From: Desulfobacterales bacterium | Lineage (GTDB): Bacteria > Desulfobacterota > Desulfobacteria > Desulfobacterales > UBA5616 | NCBI GenBank assembly: GCA_046483495.1 | Contig: JAWODC010000049.1 | Span: 31,019 to 95,018, forward strand | Direction: 5' to 3' | Length of the DNA: 64,000 nucleotides | Part shown: in pieces, positions 9,019 to 16,741 of the stretch | Position numbering within the stretch: position 1 is the first letter of the stretch | How the letters are laid out: the number at the start of each line of letters is the position of its first letter | Notes under the pieces: model-generated | Databases searched by the model: none | The model's input: the letters and a program-made list of their open reading frames with translations, nothing else | What the model was told of the DNA's origin: nothing | Position numbers and translations under genes: made by a program

Positions 9019-10344
9019 CTAACTTTTGGCAGGCCCTTCCATCGGCACCGGTGCCGGCTGGGCGTCGTTTTGCTGCTTTTCAGGCGGAGCGGCAATGACC
9101 ATGCACACAACACCGGCGGCCAGTACAGCGAAAATTCCGATAAAAGCCGGATCATAATTGCCGAAGGTATCCGCCATGTACCCGGCCAGATAAGGAGCCG
9201 GTGCGACGAACACGAGGGTTAGCGGGGTAATGACACCGGCGAGGTTTGCAAACGCGTCCGGTCCGAAATAATTGCCCCGCATGACCGGGAGAAGCACGAG
9301 AATGGTTCCGTAGGAAAACCCGTAAACAACGCCGCCGGCGAGCAGGGCCGGCAGGCTGGGCGCCTTCCAGACATTGTACACCATAGCCATGATGACGAGC
9401 AGGGATACGGAGATCAGCCATCTCGGTTCGATGCGATCGCCTACCCACCCCATGGGAAACCGGGCAAAACCGCTGCTCAAGACCACAATGCTCATAACGG
9501 ATGCCGCTTCCATTTCGGTATATCCCAGATCGGTCAAATGAAGCACCATATGCGTTACCAAGACCTGCAGCGGAATCGTGCATGCAATCTGTCCGAACGT
9601 AATGCAGTAAAGGCTTCGGGTTTTTAGGATTTGCCTCATGCGCCAGTTTCGGGATGTCCGAAAAGTCTGATATCGCCGCTTCTTGCGTTCATTACCGTCT
9701 TGAATTTCCGGAGAGATGTTGTCGGGAAACTGCCCCAAATCCGAAGGCTTGCTGTAAATCTTCAAAGAGAGCAGGACCATCAGGGAGACAAGGATGGCGC
9801 ACGCCATCCACGCAGACTGCCAATTCCCGGTTTTCTGTATGAGCCGGGTAAACACGGGCGTAGCCAAAAACCCGCCGATGGATGTGCCCGTCATCACGAT
9901 GCCCATTGTCGTCGCCCGCTTCAGGTTGTACCAGAAGGTCACGGTCGTTTGAGTGCCGAGATTGAAAAAGGCAAATCCAAACGGCAGAAATACGCCCCAT
10001 ATGAGCGTCCATTGCCACAGCGCCGTTGTCGCCGTGGCGAGCAGAAGCATTCCCGAACCGAGTATGGCAAGGCCGATCATGATGGACCGGCGGGTTCCGG
10101 ACCGGTTGATTACCGCTGCTGCAAGCGGCATGGCCAGGCTTAAGAATACGGGACGCAATGTCGCCGCCAGTGACGCCTCCCCCCTCCCCCATCCCGTTTC
10201 CTTGACCATGGCGGGAAAAATGACGGTAAACCCGTAAAATCCCATGCCCAGAACGACCATGTTGGTCACAAAGAGGATGAAGACCAACTTCCTGCCGTAG
10301 AACCTTCGGCCGGCCCCACGGATGATATGTTCTGTTTTGGCCAT
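9019..10344 (-). CDS. MFS transporter
   Basis: 441 aa, about 12 hydrophobic segments. The N-terminal half (LVFILFVTNMVVLGMGFYGF...) and a central charged loop are typical of the MFS fold. Confidence 0.8.
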   Translation of the reverse strand: MAKTEHIIRGAGRRFYGRKLVFILFVTNMVVLGMGFYGFTVIFPAMVKETGWGRGEASLAATLRPVFLSLAMPLAAAVINRSGTRRSIMIGLAILGSGMLLLATATTALWQWTLIWGVFLPFGFAFFNLGTQTTVTFWYNLKRATTMGIVMTGTSIGGFLATPVFTRLIQKTGNWQSAWMACAILVSLMVLLSLKIYSKPSDLGQFPDNISPEIQDGNERKKRRYQTFRTSRNWRMRQILKTRSLYCITFGQIACTIPLQVLVTHMVLHLTDLGYTEMEAASVMSIVVLSSGFARFPMGWVGDRIEPRWLISVSLLVIMAMVYNVWKAPSLPALLAGGVVYGFSYGTILVLLPVMRGNYFGPDAFANLAGVITPLTLVFVAPAPYLAGYMADTFGNYDPAFIGIFAVLAAGVVCMVIAAPPEKQQNDAQPAPVPMEGPAKS

Positions 10345-10364
10345 TCAGATTCCATCAGCCGCAA

Positions 10365-11183
10365 TTAGAGCGGCCAAATCCGGTTTAAAAATGCCGTCAC
10401 GGTTTCGTTAAACGCTGCCGGAGCTTCTATCGCCGACGCATGGCCCGTTGGAAAGATGCGAAGAACGGCGTCGGGAATGGCGAGTTCCATGGATTTCGCA
10501 ACCTCGAGAGACATGAATCCGTCCTGTTCACCGGCGATGATCAATGCCGGGCATGCCAATCGGGTCAGATCCGGGGGATTCTCCATGGAGCTCATAATTG
10601 CCTGAATAATAGGCACATAATGATGGGGATCGTTTATTTTTTTGATGGAGGTGTACATCCGGAAAATTTCCGGCTCTCTTTCTTCGAATCCCGGGGACAG
10701 AGAAAGCCGGGCCATAACCTCGGCGATAACGCCGATGTCGCCGGTTTGCAGAATCTCCACCATTCGGGCTCTTTGCTCCTCCATCCGTTTAACGTCTTCG
10801 GAGGAGACCTGCATATCGGGCCCCATGACGCCGCTGTTGGCAAATACAAGACCGGCGGTCATCTCGGGGTGCTTCAGAGCGAAATTCAAGCCGATCCGGC
10901 CTCCCATGGAATAGCCGACAAGGCAGACGTTATCTATTCGGAGATGCTGCAGCAGCGCAAAAAGATCGTCTGCGAACAGCGCCATGCTGTAATCGCCTTC
11001 AGGCGTTTGGGTCCGGCCATGCCCCCGGACATCGTAGGCAAGGACTTTGCAGCGTTTTGAAAACTCCGGGACCTGATTGTACCACATGGCAAGATTATCG
11101 CTGAACCCGTGGATCAGAACCAGGCAAGGCCCTTCACCGGAAAGTTCATAATTGATGTGTATGCCGTTGGCTGTTGCTTCCAT
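10365..11183 (-). CDS. alpha/beta-fold hydrolase
   Basis: HGFSDNLAMW oxyanion region, nucleophile elbow GYSMGG, C-terminal GHASAIEAP. AAGGAG precedes the ATG. Confidence 0.8.
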   Translation of the reverse strand: MEATANGIHINYELSGEGPCLVLIHGFSDNLAMWYNQVPEFSKRCKVLAYDVRGHGRTQTPEGDYSMALFADDLFALLQHLRIDNVCLVGYSMGGRIGLNFALKHPEMTAGLVFANSGVMGPDMQVSSEDVKRMEEQRARMVEILQTGDIGVIAEVMARLSLSPGFEEREPEIFRMYTSIKKINDPHHYVPIIQAIMSSMENPPDLTRLACPALIIAGEQDGFMSLEVAKSMELAIPDAVLRIFPTGHASAIEAPAAFNETVTAFLNRIWPL

Positions 11184-11475
11184 GGCTGCTCCTTTCCGTT
11201 TTGGCCGGCATCGGCCGTCATTTGTTTTGCATACCCGTCACGCACGACGGCAGATATGAGGTCGAACAGCGTTTCGGGATCCTGGCGGCGCAAAACCACG
11301 GCATCGTATTTCGAACCTGTGGCCGGCACCCATTCGCGTTTTTCGGCGTTAATCGCCTCGAGAATGCTTTCGGCCGCTTCTTGCGGTTACATGCCGGTGT
11401 CAATCGCCGTATCGCTCACGCCGCGTCGTGTTCCATCGGTAAACGGCGAAAACAGTTTCGATCGCCATTGAAGGC

Positions 11476-12282
11476 CTATTTCAGTGCATACTGTTTCTCG
11501 ATGAGCAGATCCTGGGAACCCCGGGTGATCACGCCCCCCTGGATTTCCACGATGGGCAGTTGTTTTAGTGCGTTTATGACGCGGGCAGACATCGGAGCCC
11601 TTTTCCACGCAACCGTATGAAAAAGGATATGTCCTTTTCCCAGCCAGGCTTCCGTAAGTTCCGTTGCTGCGGGCAGCGCTGTGGCAAAACTGGCGTCGGA
11701 CGATTTCATGTCGCACGACGGGATGTATTTCCATCCCATCCAGACGGCATCCCGCGCCTGCCGGTTGATGAGTTCGAGCTCTTCATCAGATGCCTTGGTA
11801 AGGTCGCCGATTTCCCCCTCGAGAAGCAGTATACCGCCTTCTGAAACCGAAAAACCTCTCTTCCCATTGACAATCCATGCATCGGGAATGTCCGCCATGA
11901 GTTTGGGTGCACCAAGCACTTCCCGGCCGACCATGATCGGCATGAATGCATTTTCCCACAAGACCAATGCGAAATTCCCCGTCACCCTGTCCCGCCGGCC
12001 TTCGAATTCGGCGGAAACATTCACCGCCACCAGGTTGTAGCCGCCGCCGGCCATAAAATCCACTCCCCTGCACATCACGAAGCTGACGGAAATTAACGGT
12101 GGGTCCGTTGCCTTGAATCCCGGGGGCAAATACTTCGAAACGGCCTCTTTTTCGGTTGCGTACATGACGGTAATGGACGTATTGTCCGCATAATGCGCCG
12201 CCCTGCCGTTCCATCCTTCGACGGAGGGTCCAAAGTGCGCCGGCATGACATAGGGTTTACCTTCTTCGAATTCAAATCCCAC
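11476..12282 (-). CDS. acetoacetate decarboxylase (ADC) family protein
   Basis: GTG start with GGGAGG upstream. MVGREVLGAPKL, GWKYIPSCD and LFHTVAWKRAPMSARVINALKQLPIVEI parallel the Clostridium ADC segments AVGRELSAYPKK, MLKIIPNYDG and the C-terminal LPVKEIV region. Confidence 0.7.
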   Translation of the reverse strand: MGFEFEEGKPYVMPAHFGPSVEGWNGRAAHYADNTSITVMYATEKEAVSKYLPPGFKATDPPLISVSFVMCRGVDFMAGGGYNLVAVNVSAEFEGRRDRVTGNFALVLWENAFMPIMVGREVLGAPKLMADIPDAWIVNGKRGFSVSEGGILLLEGEIGDLTKASDEELELINRQARDAVWMGWKYIPSCDMKSSDASFATALPAATELTEAWLGKGHILFHTVAWKRAPMSARVINALKQLPIVEIQGGVITRGSQDLLIEKQYALK

Positions 12283-12484
12283 GCTGAACCTCCCTTCATT
12301 AAGTGGTTTTTTTCCAGGTGTTCGAGCCGCTGTGTTGCCTTTGTGCGGATGTATTTTTGAGCAGTCCGTTCTTGCCTTTCCATTCGGTTAACGTCTTCAG
12401 GGACGGGCCGAATCATGGGCGGTCGATGTTTTTGTACTCATCCGGAATCGGCGGATTTTGGTTCAAAGCAAGCCCCGATCAAGG

Positions 12485-12512
12485 TTGAAAGGACAGGCCA
12501 AGCCGTCATAAT
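12485..12512 (+). promoter_or_regulatory. candidate sigma70-like promoter of hsp20 (long leader)
   Basis: TTGAAA (12485..12490), 16-nt spacer, CATAAT (12507..12512). It would give a ~235-nt leader. Confidence 0.3.
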
Positions 12513-12752
12513 TCAAAAAACAAGTGATTTTGTTGATTTCAAGAAATGAGAAAACGCAGCTTCAGCGCCATTCGGGACAGCAACCTTTATAGCAGGGACG
12601 CCTCCGGAAAGCAATATTCCGGTAATTTAAAATACAGGTTCGGCTGTATTTACCGTCCGAATTCCGGGAATTATCATCATAACTAGCAGCCCGGAGAAAT
12701 GGGAAAACGCGTCCATTCTAAAAGATCATTGTAAAGAAAGGAGATTTTGAAA

Positions 12753-13199
12753 ATGGCATTTGAACTTACCCCATGGAGAAGACCCACTGGTATTCGACCG
12801 TTTTGGAGGGGGATGGATGATCTTTTTGACAGGTTTTTAGGAGAAATGGCCCCGGCGGAACGAGCGTGGGAATGGACACCTTCGGTGGATATTTCCGAAA
12901 CCGATGGAAATGTCGAAATTAAAGCCGAATTGCCCGGTATGGAAGCAAGCGACATCGACGTCAATGTCAGCGGAGATGTACTGACCCTGAGGGGTGAAAA
13001 GAAACATGAAGAAGAGAAGAAAGGGGAGCGGTACTATTGCCGAGAGCGATATGCCGGCTCTTTTCAGCGCTCTTTCAGGCTTCCGACCGGAGTGGAAAGC
13101 GACAAGGTGGACGCCGAATTCAAAAACGGCGTGCTTAGAATCAACATACCCAAGTCCGAGGAAAGCAAACAAAAAAAGATCGAAATTAAATCGTCATGA
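12753..13199 (+). CDS. Hsp20/alpha-crystallin small heat-shock protein
   Basis: ATG 12753 sits 9 nt after AAAGGAG. Alpha-crystallin core: PSVDISETDGNVEIKAELPGMEASDIDVNVSGDVLTLRGEKK...FQRSFRLPTGVESDKVDAEFKNGVLRINIPK. Confidence 0.9.
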   Translation: MAFELTPWRRPTGIRPFWRGMDDLFDRFLGEMAPAERAWEWTPSVDISETDGNVEIKAELPGMEASDIDVNVSGDVLTLRGEKKHEEEKKGERYYCRERYAGSFQRSFRLPTGVESDKVDAEFKNGVLRINIPKSEESKQKKIEIKSS

Positions 13200-13261
13200 T
13201 GGTGTTCGGCATCCCTTCTCCGGGTTGAACATTAACATTGATAAATAAAGCCATCCCTGAT

Positions 13262-13319
13262 AGAAGCGGTTTTTATCCTTTTGTGTTCAATCAAGGCGTA
13301 AAACCGCTTCTCTTTTTTT
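13262..13319 (+). terminator. rho-independent terminator of hsp20
   Basis: Perfect 12-bp stem AGAAGCGGTTTT / AAAACCGCTTCT (13262..13273, 13300..13311), a 26-nt loop, then CTTTTTTT. Confidence 0.6.
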
Positions 13320-13506
13320 CACGAAAACGGCGGTCGGCGAAAATTACCAGTCCATCCGGAAATAAAAAAATTCGATTCGGTTCAAGTGAAGGGGAATGTT
13401 ATCCACAGGAATGCCTTGGTATTTTGAGGATTAAAATTTTTCGTCCATCCGAAAAATTAGCGAATAAACCCTTCTGGATGAACCATTAACCTCTAAGGAG
13501 ATCCAT

Positions 13507-14469
13507 ATGATATCCGAAATCACCGTTCAGAATCTTGACCCTGAACGGTTCATCCAGAACAAGATCGATGCAATAAAAACAGAGGTTGGTGAAGGAATTG
13601 CGATCAACGCTCTGTCCGGCGGCGTCGATTCCTCAACGGTCACCATGCTGGGCCACCGCGCGTTGAAGAACCGCTTGCGGACCGTTTTCATTGAAAACGG
13701 TCTGATGCGCTCCTCGGAATCCGAACAGGTGATACGGCTTTTCCGGGATCTGGGGGTGCCTGTGGAAGTGGTGGACGCTCGGGAAGAATTTTTCAGCGCT
13801 CTTGTGGGTGTTGCGGATCCCGAGGAAAAGCGGGAAGCCGTCACGCAGACCTTTTACAAAAATGTATTCGGGCGGATTGTCAAAGAAAGCGGTGCGAAAT
13901 TTCTGCTGCAGGGGACCATCCTGACAGATGTCGATGAAACGGTGGCGGGAGTAAAGCGCCAGCACAATGTCTTCGAGCAGCTCGGCATCGATCCACAGGC
14001 GGCTTTCGGCTATAAAATTGTGGAACCCCTCATTGAGCTTCGCAAAGACGGCGTACGCCTGGTCGGTAAGGCGCTGGGGCTTCCCGAAAGCGTTTTTCAG
14101 CGAATTCCGTTTCCGGGACCGGCACTCGCCGCACGTGTTATAGGAGAGGCGACCCCTCAGCGCATTGAAACCGTGCGGCGTGCAACCGATATCGTGGAGC
14201 GTCTTCTGAAGAGCACCGGCGCATTTCAGTATATGGCTATCCTGCACGAGGACCGGGTAACCGGCATGCGTGACGGCAAGCGGGATTATGGGCGGCAAAT
14301 CGAGGTGAGGTGCTGGGACAGCGTCGACGCACGAACTGCCACACCGACGCGCATTCCGTTCGAGACGCTCGAAAAAATCGCCGATGAGATCGTGTCGACT
14401 GTTCCCGGCGTCGTGAGTGTTACGTACAATATTACACCCAAGCCGCCGTCAACGATTGAAGCCGTGTAA
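13507..14469 (+). CDS. GMP synthase-like PP-loop ATP pyrophosphatase plus dimerisation domain, without a glutamine amidotransferase domain
   Basis: PP-loop ALSGGVDSSTV. Collinear with the C-terminal two-thirds of GuaA (VFIENGLMR, EPLIELRKDGVRLVGKALGLP, FPGPALAARV, ITPKPPSTIEAV). Confidence 0.75.
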   Translation: MISEITVQNLDPERFIQNKIDAIKTEVGEGIAINALSGGVDSSTVTMLGHRALKNRLRTVFIENGLMRSSESEQVIRLFRDLGVPVEVVDAREEFFSALVGVADPEEKREAVTQTFYKNVFGRIVKESGAKFLLQGTILTDVDETVAGVKRQHNVFEQLGIDPQAAFGYKIVEPLIELRKDGVRLVGKALGLPESVFQRIPFPGPALAARVIGEATPQRIETVRRATDIVERLLKSTGAFQYMAILHEDRVTGMRDGKRDYGRQIEVRCWDSVDARTATPTRIPFETLEKIADEIVSTVPGVVSVTYNITPKPPSTIEAV

Positions 14470-14510
14470 ACAGTGTAAACAAGGTGGGGTTGTATAGGTT
14501 TAGAGGTGAT

Positions 14511-14534
14511 GGGTTATGGGTGAAGGGTGGTGGG
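14511..14534 (+). repeat. canonical G-quadruplex motif (G3N4)3G3
   Basis: GGGTTATGGGTGAAGGGTGGTGGG in the 67-bp convergent intergenic spacer. Confidence 0.5.
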
Positions 14535-14536
14535 CA

Positions 14537-15799
14537 CTAGTATGAAAACAGACCTTCTGCCTCAATTTCACTGACGGCGTCACTGACGTTTTCCGACGTG
14601 ATGATGTGGACATGGACCCCCCCGCTGGACAGCATATAGCCCGGCCCTTTATGTCGGATATCCTCCTTTATCCCAACGTGATCCACACCGAGCGAAACCA
14701 GCCACTCCGCCACACGAATACCCTTGGCGGTTTTTACGTCTCGGTGGGGATTTTGGACGATTTCATGCTTTTCCACTTCTTTGTCGCTTCGACGGATGTG
14801 AAGGATGTCGAAAAAGGGCGCTTCTCCGAAATGATTGCTGATTCGGCCTGTTTCGGTCTCGAGCGGAAGCGCAACCCGTTCATGCTTCCGTTCACTGGGC
14901 CCGTAGTGGATAAAGACTTTTTGAACATGGGGCACTTTTTCCCGGATATCGGCTTCGATATCCCCACTGATCCGATGCGCCTTTTCCAGATCATCGGTTT
15001 TCACCGTGATGGTTGTCTGGATAAAGCGGAATCGTCCGGCGTTTCTTCCGATAAGCGATTTGACATTGATGACCAGTGGGTGGGATTTGATGATGTCGCG
15101 GATGCTGTCCAGTGTCGAAAAGTCCATGGATGCGTCGAGCAGTACACGCATGCCGTTGAACAGCAGTTCCCATCCCGTACGGGCAATAAAAATGAGGATC
15201 AGGGCGGCACCGATCTGATCGACGGTAATTCCCCCTATGTCCACATTGAGATCGGCATAGCTTAAGGTGACCGATATCAATACCACGATCGAGGAGAGAA
15301 CGTCGACCTGGCGGTGCCGCCCTTCTGCAATCAGGGTTGGGGATTCCGTTTTACGGCCGATCGATATCGCGTATTGCCCGAATAGCAGGGTGGCGGTCGT
15401 CGCGGCCAAGAGGAGAATAAGATAAGACAACGATATTTGGGGCGTATTTGCAGGTGAAACAATCTCACGTATGATTTCATAACCTGCTATGAAAATGAAA
15501 ATGGCGATAAAAATGGAAGCCAGGTTTTCAATCTTGTACAGTCCCAGTGGAAACGAACGGGTTTTTTTTGAGGACAGTTTTACACCGCCGTAGATCACAA
15601 GGGATGAAACGGCATCTGTTCCTGAATCGATGGCGCTCGCGGTGATGGCAAGACTTCCGGAAAACATGGCCAACAGCGCCTTCATGACTGCGAGGACCAG
15701 GTTCAGAAGAAATGCGTATCCGGCAACCCGGTAAATTTGCCGGGTTTCCTTATCGACAGGCTCATCTGCCGTCTGTTTGCTGTCGCCGTTTTGTGTCAT
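14537..15799 (-). CDS. cation diffusion facilitator (CDF) transporter fused to a C-terminal NifX/NifB-type (dinitrogenase FeMo-cofactor-binding family) domain
   Basis: The N-terminal ~300 aa are CDF (six TM helices, SGSLAITASAIDSGTDAVSS, cytoplasmic domain ending ...VQKVFIHYGP). The C-terminal ~110 aa read RVALPLETETGRISNHFGEAPFFDILHI...GIRVAEWLVSLGVDHVGIKEDIRHKGPGYMLSSGGVHVHI, which matches the NifX-like fold pattern. Confidence 0.7.
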   Translation of the reverse strand: MTQNGDSKQTADEPVDKETRQIYRVAGYAFLLNLVLAVMKALLAMFSGSLAITASAIDSGTDAVSSLVIYGGVKLSSKKTRSFPLGLYKIENLASIFIAIFIFIAGYEIIREIVSPANTPQISLSYLILLLAATTATLLFGQYAISIGRKTESPTLIAEGRHRQVDVLSSIVVLISVTLSYADLNVDIGGITVDQIGAALILIFIARTGWELLFNGMRVLLDASMDFSTLDSIRDIIKSHPLVINVKSLIGRNAGRFRFIQTTITVKTDDLEKAHRISGDIEADIREKVPHVQKVFIHYGPSERKHERVALPLETETGRISNHFGEAPFFDILHIRRSDKEVEKHEIVQNPHRDVKTAKGIRVAEWLVSLGVDHVGIKEDIRHKGPGYMLSSGGVHVHIITSENVSDAVSEIEAEGLFSY

Positions 15800-15952
15800 C
15801 GCGCCGTCGCCTTGAAAAAACCGCTCTCACCGAACCTCACCATCAATATGAGATCTGTTTCGTCACATCAAACTGCGTTCCCAAAACATTTTTTTAACAG
15901 CTTGTAAAAAGGTCGATACCGCTATATCGGTTTGCCGGCTGAAAGCTTTCGG

Positions 15953-16561
15953 CTAATCAAAGGCCATATGCGTTTTCCACACTTCCCAGACTTTGCCGAC
16001 AAGGTCCGGACCCGGTTTTAAGGTAATCTTTCCCGGTTTCCATCCGGAGGGGGTTGCTTCCGTGCCTTTGCTGTTTCTAACGTGTTGAAAAGCTTGTATC
16101 TGGCGGATTGATTCGCTTACATTCCGACCCACGGGAGGCGTCAGTACTTCGTACCCCTGGATGACGCCGTCGGGATCGATAATAAATCTTCCCCGGGTTT
16201 CTACACCGGCATCTTCATCGAATACACCAAAGACTTTGCCGACCTTTCCGCCGGCGTCGGACAGCATGGCAAAAGGGACGCCCCCTTCAACCATTTTGGA
16301 CAATTCATTATCATTCCACATTTTGTGGACAAATACACTGTCGATGCTCATGGAAAGAATTTCCACACCCAGATTTTGAAACTCCAGGTATTTTTCGGCA
16401 ACTGCCGAAATTTCTGTTGCTCAGACAAATGTAAAATCACCGGGATAAAAACAAAGCACTACCCATTTGCCCAGGTATTCTGAAAGTTTCACGGAAATGA
16501 ACTTGCCCTGCCGGTATGCCGGAGCGGCGAAATCCGGCGCTTTTTTGCCGACTTGTATCAT
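15953..16561 (-). CDS. selenocysteine-containing peroxiredoxin (2-Cys Prx/AhpC family); TGA 16423..16421 decoded as Sec
   Basis: Track ORFs 16421..16714 and 15953..16366 are one frame interrupted only by TGA: [16 protein letters not shown] versus the Prx box FTFVCPTE. ATG 16561 ([11 protein letters not shown]) lies 9 nt after AAGGAG. An alternative ATG at 16672 lies 5 nt after GGAGG. A SECIS-like hairpin starts 10 nt after the TGA. Confidence 0.8.
16393..16410 (-). other. candidate bacterial SECIS hairpin
   Basis: The RNA reads UGA-GCAACAGAAA-UUUCGGCA-GU-UGCCGAAA. The arms are perfectly complementary (6-7 bp usable stem) with GU at the apex, beginning 10 nt 3' of the UGA. Confidence 0.6.
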
Positions 16562-16692
16562 GGGTGGGATCTCCTTTAGGTTTACGGGTTCTTGAACACC
16601 CTTCTCCTCTGCCGCTTCCCCGACCGGGCCTCCGGTGGGACGTGCGCAGCCGACTTCCATCTCTTCGCCCATATTTTCCTCCATAATGAAGG

Positions 16693-16741
16693 TTTGAGAT
16701 ATAATAATAAACACTATCTCAAATCAGACGGCATTTTTCAA
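16693..16741 (-). promoter_or_regulatory. candidate promoter with overlapping 9-bp inverted-repeat operator upstream of the peroxiredoxin
   Basis: Minus strand: TTGAAA (16741..16736), 17 nt, GATAGT (16718..16713). Perfect inverted repeat TTTGAGATA (16693..16701) / TATCTCAAA (16715..16723) around an AT-rich 13-nt core TAATAATAAACAC. Confidence 0.35.

Noticed and set aside
16562-16714. The full 253-codon reading frame (start at 16714) as the peroxiredoxin N-terminus.
   Set aside because: [14 protein letters not shown] has no SD and overlaps the putative promoter and operator. ATG 16561 (AAGGAG) matches the usual Prx N-terminus. ATG 16672 (GGAGG) remains a possible alternative and is noted in the feature.
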